Assembly (NCBI GenBank): GCA_049423385.1
Contig: JBMSQQ010000055.1
Location: 1 to 23,531 of the forward strand
Reading direction: 5' to 3'
Origin: Silvanigrellaceae bacterium
Lineage (GTDB): Bacteria; Bdellovibrionota_B; Oligoflexia; Silvanigrellales; Silvanigrellaceae
Length of the DNA: 23,531 bases
The notes under the pieces are model-generated. The model ran no database searches and was not told the DNA's origin. It saw only the letters and a list, made by a program, of their open reading frames with translations. The number at the start of each line of letters is the position of its first letter. Within the stretch, counting starts at the first letter, position 1. Below, piece after piece: positions 15,860 through 23,531 of the stretch. Made by a program: the position numbers and the translations under genes.

Positions 15860-17164
15860 ATGCAAACGCTGAAAATGGGATACAAGAACATCATCCGGAA
15901 CTGGCGGCATTCTTTTGGAAGCATCCTTTCGGTTGCAATTGGGTTCACCTCCCTGACGTTGTTCAACGGTTATATTTCTGTCATCGAGGACCTCTACGAA
16001 GACAATTACAAGAACAGGAGCATGTTTGGTGACGTCTTTGTCGAAAAGACGAGAAACGGCAAACCCGTCGACTTTGAAGAGTCGAAAATCAACAAAAGAG
16101 AGCAGCACTTTCTCGAATCTTTTTTCGCCCAATCGGGAATGGTCGATGCATACGTGCCAGTGCTCATCATCAACGGGATGGCCAACAATGGCAGGACAAG
16201 CTCGATCTTCTGGGGATTTGCTTACGACCGTCAACGCGGCCTCGAAATGCGCAAGCCTTCCTGGCCTTGGAACGTGCGAGCTGGCAGGCCATTGGACACG
16301 ATCTCGAGCGAACATGTTCTGCTTGGCCAGGACATTGGCGACACTTTCGGATGCATGCCGGAGAAAAAAGAACAGATACTGACTCAGGTCGGAGGCTACG
16401 AAGCCAAGGAACGTCCATTCAAATGTGACAAGGAAAGGATCCAATTGAGCGTGACAACGGAATCTGGTCAGGTCAACGCAACAAATGTTTCGATTGGGGC
16501 ACTTGGCGGTGTTGGCCTGCGCGGAATCGATTCCTGGTACCTAATGATGGACCTTGATCGCGCTCATAAACTTTACGACACGTCGGATATTTCCCACATC
16601 CGCCTCAGATTGAAAGATTCGAAGCAGTTTTCGGAATTCATCGATCTGTTCAACAAGTCAGTTCATCAGGAAGGCTTGGAAATTCGAGCATTCGATTGGA
16701 GGGAACACATCCTTGCACGGGTTTACAAAAGAACGATGAGTTTGTTCACCACCTTTCGAAACCTGGTCAGTCTCGTGATACTCACCATTTCCGGAATGTC
16801 TGTCTTGAACTCAATGGTTAAAAGTATCAATGAACGACAGCGCGAGATTGGAACTCTTTTGAGTCTTGGCTTCTTGCCGGGGCAAGTTCGCTCGATGTTT
16901 GTTGCGGAGGGGCTCGTCATTGGTGTTGCAGGTTCGTTCGTTGGCTCGTTTTTTTCAGTGCTGTTTTCTCTGCTCACAAACAAAATCAAATTCATTTATT
17001 ACGCTGGATTCCTTTCGGATCCTGTGCCATTCCTGATTGGACTGGTGCCATTGCTCTATTTTTTGTCCCTCATCATCCTGTGCAGCATCGCCGGCCTGAC
17101 AGCATTCGTGGCAGCAAATCGAACCGTGAAGACGCCGATTCCGCAGTTGCTGACTGCATCCTGA
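15860..17164 (+). CDS. ABC transporter permease, FtsX/MacB/LolCE family (subunit 2)
   Basis: Start at MQTLKMGYKNIIRNWRHS (AAGGAAG upstream). Same topology as subunit 1, with 'SINERQREIGTLLSLGF...FVAEG'. Confidence 0.9.
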   Translation: MQTLKMGYKNIIRNWRHSFGSILSVAIGFTSLTLFNGYISVIEDLYEDNYKNRSMFGDVFVEKTRNGKPVDFEESKINKREQHFLESFFAQSGMVDAYVPVLIINGMANNGRTSSIFWGFAYDRQRGLEMRKPSWPWNVRAGRPLDTISSEHVLLGQDIGDTFGCMPEKKEQILTQVGGYEAKERPFKCDKERIQLSVTTESGQVNATNVSIGALGGVGLRGIDSWYLMMDLDRAHKLYDTSDISHIRLRLKDSKQFSEFIDLFNKSVHQEGLEIRAFDWREHILARVYKRTMSLFTTFRNLVSLVILTISGMSVLNSMVKSINERQREIGTLLSLGFLPGQVRSMFVAEGLVIGVAGSFVGSFFSVLFSLLTNKIKFIYYAGFLSDPVPFLIGLVPLLYFLSLIILCSIAGLTAFVAANRTVKTPIPQLLTAS

Positions 17165-17196
17165 GGAAAGAAAGCCAAACCCATTGGATTATAAAA

Positions 17197-17784
17197 ATGG
17201 AAGCGAAAGACCTCAATGCGCAAATTCTCTTGATTGGATATTCCCAAGGCTGTTTCCCGATGCCGGACAGTCGGGATCCTCGACAGATCAATTGGTACAG
17301 GCCCAATCCCAGAGCCATCATTCCCTTGGAGTTGCTGCACATCAGTCGTTCCATGCGGCGAGAACTGAGGCGCCACAGCACAGAGGTTCACTTCAATCGC
17401 GCCTTTTCGGAAGTGATGCGGCAATGCGCAAACAGGCCCGAGACATGGATCACTGAAGACTTTATTCGGGCCTACTCTGAACTCAACGCACAAGGATTTG
17501 CCCATTCGGTTGAAATTTATCGGAACGATCGACTTGTGGGAGGACTTTATGGAGTCGCGATTGGCGCTGCCTTTTTCGCCGAATCAATGTTTCATCTTGA
17601 ACCAAACACATCCAAATTGGCCCTCATCAAACTTGTCGAACGCCTGAGGGAAAAGGGATTTCAGCTTTTGGAATGCCAATTCCTCACTTCCCATCTTGAA
17701 TCGATGGGAGCCATCGAAATTGAAGACAGCGAGTATGCAGTGCGCCTTGCCAATGCACTGGAAGCGAAAGCTTCATTCTTATAA
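17197..17784 (+). CDS. aat: Leucyl/phenylalanyl-tRNA--protein transferase
   Basis: 'YSQGCFPM', 'WYRPNPRAII', 'HISRSMRR', 'TWIT', 'GFAHSVE', 'LVGGLYGVAIGAAFFAESMF', 'SKLAL', 'CQFLTSHLESMGA'. Confidence 0.95.
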   Translation: MEAKDLNAQILLIGYSQGCFPMPDSRDPRQINWYRPNPRAIIPLELLHISRSMRRELRRHSTEVHFNRAFSEVMRQCANRPETWITEDFIRAYSELNAQGFAHSVEIYRNDRLVGGLYGVAIGAAFFAESMFHLEPNTSKLALIKLVERLREKGFQLLECQFLTSHLESMGAIEIEDSEYAVRLANALEAKASFL

Positions 17785-17854
17785 AAATCCGAAGAATGGT
17801 CGATTCGAGTTCGCAATGTTATGGTCCTCCAGACAAACCCTGGAGGCCGGTTTC

Positions 17855-19483
17855 ATGCATACGAGCATCACCCCTGAGTTCTTTCCAAGACAATCGGAAA
17901 TTCCCGACAATGCGCGCCTTCAAGGCGCCGTGGAAGGTCGTCTTCTCATTGGTGGTGAACTCGTCGCCCAAGGGTTCGAGCGACGTTCGGTTTGCAGCCC
18001 GATTCTGACCCGAAGTGAATCAGGTACACTTGAAGAGGTCACCCTCGGGACAACTCCCCAGGCAACCGTAGAGCACATGCTTCAGGCCGTTCAGGCAGCA
18101 TCGGACGCCTGGAAGTCGGGAACCGGTGTGTGGCCCTCGGCACGCATGGAATTCCGTATTCAAGCCGTCGCCACATTCACTCAGCGCATGCAAACTCATC
18201 GGGAAACCATTGTGCGTTTGCTGATGTGGGAGATCTGCAAGACACGGGCCGAGGCCGAGGCGGAATTCGACCGTACCATCATCTATATCAACGACACTCT
18301 TGAAGCAGCCAAATCACTGGATCGCGATGGTTCACGATTGCAGTTTGCACAGGGCTACATGGCACTCGTCAGGCGCATGCCTCTGGGCGTCACACTGTGC
18401 ATGGGACCTTTCAATTATCCCTTGAATGAAACCTTCACAACCTTGATCCCTGCGTTGGTCATGGGCAACACCACGGTCGTCAAGGTTCCACGCTATGGTC
18501 AGCTGCTGTGGGATTGCCTCTTGCCCGAGTTCCAGACCTGCTTTCCAGCAGGTGTTGTCAATGTCGTCAATGGACTTGGCCGCGAGATTGTCGGCGCAGC
18601 CATGCGCAAAGGAGACATCGACGTTCTTGCGTTCATCGGCTCCAGCCGGGTGGCAAACACACTCAAATCCCAGCATCCGCGCCCCAACCGACTGCGCAGT
18701 ATCCTGGGATTGGATGCGAAAAATCCCGCGATCATTCTCCCCGACGCGCCATTTGAAGTGAGCCTGGAGGAAACGATCAAGGGAGCGCTTTCTTTCAATG
18801 GCCAGCGCTGCACGGCCCTGAAACTTGTTTGCGTGCACGAATCGATTGCCGACTCGTGGACACGCGAACTTGCCGATCGGGTTTCGCGCTTGAAGGTGGG
18901 CCTGCCATGGCAACCCGGAGTGCGCATCACGCCCCTGCCCGATCCGGGAAAACCACAAGAGCTTCGAACCATGGTCGACGAAGCCGTCGCCGACGGCGCA
19001 AAGCTTTTTTATCCCGACAGCGCCCTGCGCGGACATGGCACGTTGATTCATCCGGCGGTGGTCGGAGATGTCAGGTGGAAGCACAACATGGCTCAGGTTG
19101 AGCAATTTGGGCCGTTGGTACCCGTTCTGAAGTTCAAGCACGTGGACGAGGTCATCGACCAGCTCGTTGCCTCACCGTTCGGAATGCAGGCCAGTCTTTT
19201 TGGACAAAATCCACAGCAGTTGGGTTACCTGATTGATGCCCTGTCGAACCAGGTCGCTCGCATCAACATCAACTCAGCATGTCAGCGCGGACCCGATATC
19301 TTTCCGTTCACAGGAAGAAAGAATTCCGCAGAGGGAACCCTGAGCGTCCATGATGCGCTTCGCGCCTTTTCATTGCGCACCATGGTTGCCGGTCTTTCCA
19401 ACCAGTCCGACAGTCGAGAAGCGATCCGCGGGATTCTTGAACATGACACCTCGAAGTTCCTGACCAACCACGTTATCCTCTGA
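17855..19483 (+). CDS. gapN: NADP-dependent non-phosphorylating glyceraldehyde-3-phosphate dehydrogenase (GapN-type ALDH)
   Basis: ALDH fold: 'LCMGPFNYPLNETFTTLIPALVMGN', 'LAFIGSS', 'LGLDAKNPAI', catalytic Cys in 'FNGQRCTALK', 'EQFGP', 'QRGPDIFPFTGRKNSAEGTLSV'. GGAGG RBS before ATG 17855. Substrate assignment rests on recalled family resemblance. Confidence 0.78.
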   Translation: MHTSITPEFFPRQSEIPDNARLQGAVEGRLLIGGELVAQGFERRSVCSPILTRSESGTLEEVTLGTTPQATVEHMLQAVQAASDAWKSGTGVWPSARMEFRIQAVATFTQRMQTHRETIVRLLMWEICKTRAEAEAEFDRTIIYINDTLEAAKSLDRDGSRLQFAQGYMALVRRMPLGVTLCMGPFNYPLNETFTTLIPALVMGNTTVVKVPRYGQLLWDCLLPEFQTCFPAGVVNVVNGLGREIVGAAMRKGDIDVLAFIGSSRVANTLKSQHPRPNRLRSILGLDAKNPAIILPDAPFEVSLEETIKGALSFNGQRCTALKLVCVHESIADSWTRELADRVSRLKVGLPWQPGVRITPLPDPGKPQELRTMVDEAVADGAKLFYPDSALRGHGTLIHPAVVGDVRWKHNMAQVEQFGPLVPVLKFKHVDEVIDQLVASPFGMQASLFGQNPQQLGYLIDALSNQVARININSACQRGPDIFPFTGRKNSAEGTLSVHDALRAFSLRTMVAGLSNQSDSREAIRGILEHDTSKFLTNHVIL

Positions 19484-19514
19484 ATGTTTGCTACACACAG
19501 AGGGGTCAACCATA

Positions 19515-20444
19515 ATGTCTCGCTCAAGAATCATCGGTCTCGGTTCCGCAGCACTGCTGTGCGCAGTCGTTTTGGGTGGATGGTATCTTTGGCAGAAGCA
19601 CCCCGAGCCCGCATCAAGCCCTGATGACAACCCGGCGCAAAGCAGCTCTCAAGCGGGTCAATCCGCAAAAAGCGATTCTCTCTCCGACAATTCCAGCAAC
19701 ACGGGCATGACTTCCTCTCAAGGGGGAAAATCGCCATCGAACGGAAACAACCCGGAGACTGGTGGTTCAGAGGCTCCGGAAAACACCCGGGCACAAGTTG
19801 AAAACGGCCAGATCGACAACGAATCAAACTTTACCCGCTCCGTGTTTTTCACTCCCGTGGATTGGGGGCCACAGAATCTGGCTTTGTCCCAAAAAGAGAA
19901 ACAATCAATCACCCTGAAACCCACCTGCAAGACACACAAGCGGGCCACCGCCTCCAACACCCATCCTGCGGATTGGGCCCAAGCCTTCACCCACACAGAC
20001 GAACAGTCGCGTTGGCCATCCAGCGCAGCTCATGTTGTTGACTGGAACCAATACTGGAAAGTTGGCGACAAGGGCATACAGGTGTCCATCCGGTGGAATT
20101 TCGAGTTGCCACCCAAATACTCCGTTCTTGCATACTCATTTGCCCTCTCGAATCCAGACGGATTTGGCACTTCGCTCTGGCCTGAAAAGCCAGAAATGAG
20201 TTGGGAAGAGGCCAAGAACTTTGTCCTGGACTGGGAAAAGAAGACACTCGATGCAGGTGGAAAACCAGGAACACGGACCATGTCTCTGGCAGAAAAGCCT
20301 TTCAATCCGGGCGAAGTGTCAACCGAGGAAATCGAACGGGCGGAATACAGCAACGGACGGATCAGGGCGGCTCAATCGGGCAAAATGCTCTGCAACAGCA
20401 AGCCTCAAACACCGGAAGAACTTTCCTGCTCCTGTTGGTTTTGA
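19515..20444 (+). CDS. Hypothetical membrane-anchored/exported protein
   Basis: GAGGGG RBS; N-terminal TM (IIGLGSAALLCAVVLGGWYLW); ~70-aa Ser/Asn/Gly/Pro linker; Trp-rich globular domain ending in C..SCSCWF. Confidence 0.7.
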   Translation: MSRSRIIGLGSAALLCAVVLGGWYLWQKHPEPASSPDDNPAQSSSQAGQSAKSDSLSDNSSNTGMTSSQGGKSPSNGNNPETGGSEAPENTRAQVENGQIDNESNFTRSVFFTPVDWGPQNLALSQKEKQSITLKPTCKTHKRATASNTHPADWAQAFTHTDEQSRWPSSAAHVVDWNQYWKVGDKGIQVSIRWNFELPPKYSVLAYSFALSNPDGFGTSLWPEKPEMSWEEAKNFVLDWEKKTLDAGGKPGTRTMSLAEKPFNPGEVSTEEIERAEYSNGRIRAAQSGKMLCNSKPQTPEELSCSCWF

Positions 20445-20472
20445 ATCAAGGACAGAGTCCTGAAAAAGCGCC

Positions 20473-21267
20473 TCAACGTCCACCTGCTCCCATATAGAGA
20501 CGATTGATCGTTTGGACGTCGCCCTCCGAAAATACAACAACGCGACCCGTGCCCTGCAATCGGTCCAACTGACAGTAGTTCATCACAGACTGTGCATCGA
20601 ATTCTTTTGTCTTTACAATCGATGCCATGACGGCTGCCAAACCCTCCTCGGCATTGCTCCAATACTTCATGTGCAGCGCAATATTTTCCTTTTTGTCGCA
20701 GCTGCTGTCGTCGCGAATGTGCTCGTGCAACAAGCCAACGGCATGGCCCAATTCATGCAGAAATTTTGATTTCATGTCGGCGATTGAAACACTTTGCCCT
20801 CGCAGCGCAAGCCCTTCGCGCCATGCCTCGCTGTTCAGTGCAAGAGTCGGTGAAGCCTTCACCTTGGACTCCACATGCTGCTCGAGTGGCTTGAGGCGTG
20901 GGCCATAAATGGCGCCATTGCCGATTTGGCTTTGACCATCGACCATGAGTCCGGGTGATTCTCCGCGATCCCACCAGGTGATCCGGATTTCATTCTTGCC
21001 TGGAACGGCATCCAAACAGTCGCTCCATCCCTCAAGAGTCATCACCGTTCGCTGAAATTCGCTGCGAACGTGGCGTTCGAACTCGGATCGCAAGGAACGC
21101 AACTCGACGTCCGCTTTGCTGCGGTTCTCCCAGCAAACAAGAACACGTCGGCTCGAGAAAGCGGTCTTCTGGATGGCGATTCCGTTCACATCACTTGTTG
21201 TCGAACGTGTGTTGCAGGCCAAAAACGCAATAGGCAGCGAAAAACAGAAGATATCTACCAATTTCAT
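20473..21267 (-). CDS. Zinc metalloprotease lipoprotein (metzincin, astacin-like HExxHxxGxxHEH)
   Basis: Lipobox-like IAFLAC; HELGHAVGLLHEHIRDD zinc motif; Met-turn SVMNYC; terminal 'SEGDVQTINRLY' helix. Confidence 0.85.
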   Translation of the reverse strand: MKLVDIFCFSLPIAFLACNTRSTTSDVNGIAIQKTAFSSRRVLVCWENRSKADVELRSLRSEFERHVRSEFQRTVMTLEGWSDCLDAVPGKNEIRITWWDRGESPGLMVDGQSQIGNGAIYGPRLKPLEQHVESKVKASPTLALNSEAWREGLALRGQSVSIADMKSKFLHELGHAVGLLHEHIRDDSSCDKKENIALHMKYWSNAEEGLAAVMASIVKTKEFDAQSVMNYCQLDRLQGTGRVVVFSEGDVQTINRLYMGAGGR

Positions 21268-21312
21268 GGGAACTCCAGGAGAGCTGTACATCCACTCTGA
21301 TTGCAGAAGATC

Positions 21313-22104
21313 TCAGCTGGACTGCTTTTTCCTCCGGGCCAGCAATGGCAACAAGAGAAGTGCAAGCGGGGATATCATCATCAGATAAAGCCAAAAAGGT
21401 TGGGCTGCAGAACGGGCACCAGCGACACTGGCCATGCTTCCGCAGAGCGGAACAAGATTTTTCCTCTTCTCGTAACTCACGGGATACAGAACAGTGACGC
21501 CTGCCCTGTCATCCAGGGAAAGGGCAAACTTCTTGTTGAGGTCAGCGTAGCTCATCACGGATTTTGTCGAATAATGATTATGCTGCAGTCCAAGACAATG
21601 TCCCAATTCATGCAAAACCGTGCGCGAAAAAGTCTCGGGATTGGTGTCCTCGTCGAGCGTGATGTCGCAGTCCACAATATACCTCGCATTCGCTTCGGTT
21701 TTGCCTCTCACGGGCAAGGCCGAGCCGGCGTCGCTCCACGAGCCTGATCCGATCGCGATGTTGTTGATATCATCCTCAGGATTAGGACCAGGACCTGCAG
21801 CCTCCGCGAGAACCAATTCGACATAGGAATCATCAACATCATTCCATTTCTGCATGGCCTCGATGACAACAGCCTTGAAAAAATTGCTGTCGTCGGTGTT
21901 GGCATATTTTCCTTCAAGAAATTTCTCCTTGTTCTTGAAGGCTGGAGCACTGCCACTGATGCGAAAATAGGCCTTGGGATTTTCCGCACTGACATTCAGT
22001 CGAACAGGATTTCCTGTGTAGGAATCACTGTTGAAAAGGTATGCAAATGAGATGCAAGGCATGCAAAAAGGCACAGCAATCGCCAACAACTTCAATTTGC
22101 CCAT
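21313..22104 (-). CDS. Matrixin-like (M10) zinc metalloprotease with C-terminal membrane anchor
   Basis: Signal peptide; 'EAMQKWNDV'; 'IVDCDITL'; HELGHCLGLQH; Met-turn SVMSY; 'LSLDDRAGVTVLYP'; C-terminal LCGS...TM...RRKK. Confidence 0.88.
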   Translation of the reverse strand: MGKLKLLAIAVPFCMPCISFAYLFNSDSYTGNPVRLNVSAENPKAYFRISGSAPAFKNKEKFLEGKYANTDDSNFFKAVVIEAMQKWNDVDDSYVELVLAEAAGPGPNPEDDINNIAIGSGSWSDAGSALPVRGKTEANARYIVDCDITLDEDTNPETFSRTVLHELGHCLGLQHNHYSTKSVMSYADLNKKFALSLDDRAGVTVLYPVSYEKRKNLVPLCGSMASVAGARSAAQPFWLYLMMISPLALLLLPLLARRKKQSS

Positions 22105-22544
22105 AGCGTGCCTCCTAAACTTACTGTGCTCAATCCGGGAATTCTCGACTTTTGACTGTAAAGCGCGGTTGATGTGCGGTAATCAAGGTTCAGGCAAATC
22201 CACGAGGAAGGACACCAGAATTGCCAGCCGAACGCGCTGTAGATTCCCGCGTAGAGCGTATGGCTGACTGCTGCAATGCCTCCCAGGGAAACTGAGAGAG
22301 CAGTGTGGGGCTCAAAACGCACCGCATAGCCAATGCCGGGTGCCAAGCCAATCACAAACTCACGATCACGCGCTGAATTGATGTAAGTGTAGGAGAATTC
22401 GGCTGGACTGAACGTGATTGGGTTTGAACCACCGAGTGCCGCCGATGCCCCGGCAGCAATCTTGTGCCCTCCAGCAAACACGGAATCCGACATAAACGTT
22501 GAAATCAACACAACCAGCCCAGCAATAATTTGCGAAATCTTCAT
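22092..22544 (-). CDS. Hypothetical exported protein, putative small outer-membrane beta-barrel
   Basis: Sec signal ending VFA; 150 aa of Gly/aromatic-rich amphipathic strands ('LSVSLGG', 'AGIYSAFGWQF', 'LNLDYR', 'VSLGGTLW'). Overlaps both neighbours. Confidence 0.55.
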   Translation of the reverse strand: MKISQIIAGLVVLISTFMSDSVFAGGHKIAAGASAALGGSNPITFSPAEFSYTYINSARDREFVIGLAPGIGYAVRFEPHTALSVSLGGIAAVSHTLYAGIYSAFGWQFWCPSSWICLNLDYRTSTALYSQKSRIPGLSTVSLGGTLWAN

Positions 22545-23074
22545 AACGCAACTCCTGCCGACATGGTCAGCGTGGTGAACCGATCATGACTCAGAACCAC
22601 CAAGGGTGGAAGGTACGTTGGCTGCGAGAACAACCAGGACTTCCAATTCGCCTCCACCACAAACACCGAGGTCCTCGCAATCGTCCAATTGATACCCAAA
22701 GGGACCGCGACACTGAACATTCTTTCGCTCTCACTGTTCACACGGGTCTGAGCCATCAAAGCACCCAGTCCCGCCTCGACAGACAACGCTCGTCCAGAGG
22801 TCAGCGGCGCAGTATAAAGTGCACCCGCCAGGAGATGAGTCACTTGGGTTTTCGACTCCGAGTAGCCCGACACATTGGCATTGAATTTCCATTTTTCACC
22901 GCCAAGGCTGACATCCACCAGCGGAGAATAAACGCCGTTGCTGTGCACGGCAACGCCCAGTCCCCCAGTAAACGAGGCGTCGGCTTTGGCAGTGTGAAAG
23001 TCAATGAACTGTCCACTGAAGAACCCCAGAATGAAGCCGTATTTCTTAATCACCATGATTGAATTCAAGCGCAT
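22541..23074 (-). CDS. Hypothetical exported protein, putative small (about 8-stranded) outer-membrane beta-barrel
   Basis: Alternating strands 'FTGGLGVAV', 'WKFNANVSGY', 'LSVEAGLGAL', 'VAVPLGINW', 'FVVEANWKSW' and C-terminal 'LTMSAGVAL'. Start uncertain (23074 or 23056). Confidence 0.55.
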   Translation of the reverse strand: MRLNSIMVIKKYGFILGFFSGQFIDFHTAKADASFTGGLGVAVHSNGVYSPLVDVSLGGEKWKFNANVSGYSESKTQVTHLLAGALYTAPLTSGRALSVEAGLGALMAQTRVNSESERMFSVAVPLGINWTIARTSVFVVEANWKSWLFSQPTYLPPLVVLSHDRFTTLTMSAGVAL

Positions 23075-23350
23075 TCCATTCCCTTGCCATTATCAAATGT
23101 CGTCCTGTGGTCACGCATCGAAGGAAGAACTACTGTTCACAGTCAACGAGCTTAACCAAGCAGACACTTTTTTTCGCTGTCATGGAATTGAACGGTGTTT
23201 CGAGTGCGAAAAGGAGAAACTGGAAGCTCTGTTCATGCGGTAATTATTGAGATTTCAGACTGGGTTGTGGGCATCCCAGACAAACCCTCAAGATTTTGCA
23301 GAAAATAACGATAAACACATGAGGAGATTCAGAAAAAGAGGTCGTACGAT

Positions 23351-23531
23351 TTGATTTTTTTGATGCTGCTCATGGTTTCAAATCTGGTTGTGTCTTGCGG
23401 CAGACAACAGGCCGGCGATCAGATTTTGCCTGAATCAAACTCATCGCCGAAAACTGGAAGTGTTACACCCACCACTTTCACATTGGCGGACGCAAAACCA
23501 TTCTGCAATGCGTGTCACATTGCCGGTGGAA
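23351..23531 (+). CDS. Lipoprotein c-type cytochrome, N-terminal part (truncated by window end; absent from ORF track)
   Basis: Open frame from TTG 23351 (GAGGT 8 nt upstream): (M)IFLMLLMVSNLVVSCGRQQAGDQILPESNSSPKTGSVTPTTFTLADAKPFCNACHIAGG. It has a lipobox-like VVSC and a heme-binding CNACH at 23504-23518. Confidence 0.68.
   Translation, partial: MIFLMLLMVSNLVVSCGRQQAGDQILPESNSSPKTGSVTPTTFTLADAKPFCNACHIAGG

Noticed and set aside
14472..17164. Naming the permeases/ATPase lolC/lolE/lolD or macB
   Set aside because: Family membership is clear but orthology is not; the context (barrel, atypical LolA-like protein, no MacA) argues against assigning those symbols.
18332..19141. 269-aa minus-strand ORF (similarly 15830-16444, 9784-10371 and 343-936)
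   Set aside because: Antisense to well-supported genes over essentially their whole length; no independent coding evidence.
20447..20468. AGGAC-AGA-GTCCT hairpin between convergent genes as a terminator
   Set aside because: Only a 5-bp stem with a 3-nt loop and no proper downstream U-tract on either strand; too weak to call.
23004..23250. Short plus-strand ORFs (79 and 63 aa) with several Cys
   Set aside because: They overlap the start of the minus-strand gene and its promoter region; no RBS or recognisable motif.
1..23531. CRISPR arrays, tRNA/rRNA, IS elements, integrases, prophage or anti-phage defence genes
   Set aside because: No spaced direct repeats, structural RNA signatures, or transposase/integrase/nuclease motifs seen; nearly all sequence is accounted for by the listed CDSs.

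Overview
Gene-dense bacterial chromosomal segment with no rRNA, tRNA, CRISPR array or mobile element visible. The gene content (propeptide-less S8 protease, many orphan secreted lipoproteins and metzincins, 7TM-DISM kinase) suggests a diderm, possibly Bdellovibrionota/Oligoflexia-like organism; this is inference. In order: a potABCD polyamine ABC importer (potA cut by the window edge); a GAF-like + degenerate SpoIIE/PP2C protein; an orphan Cys-rich lipoprotein; a type II sulfide:quinone oxidoreductase; an orphan 7TM-DISM histidine kinase divergent from a subtilase; a five-gene divergent LolCDE/MacB-like cluster (two permeases, ATPase, LolA-like periplasmic protein, putative outer-membrane barrel); aat; a GapN-type aldehyde dehydrogenase; a membrane-anchored hypothetical protein; a four-gene operon of two small putative beta-barrels and two zinc metalloproteases; and, at the right edge and missing from the ORF track, the start of a CxxCH lipoprotein cytochrome c. 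The best candidates for undescribed systems are the Lol-like trans-envelope exporter with no MFP/TolC or known cargo, the barrel-barrel-metzincin-metzincin operon with a Cys-containing C-terminal sorting signal, a post-lipobox leader motif shared by two unrelated lipoproteins, and a pseudo-phosphatase following potD. All calls come from reading motifs by eye; no searches were run.
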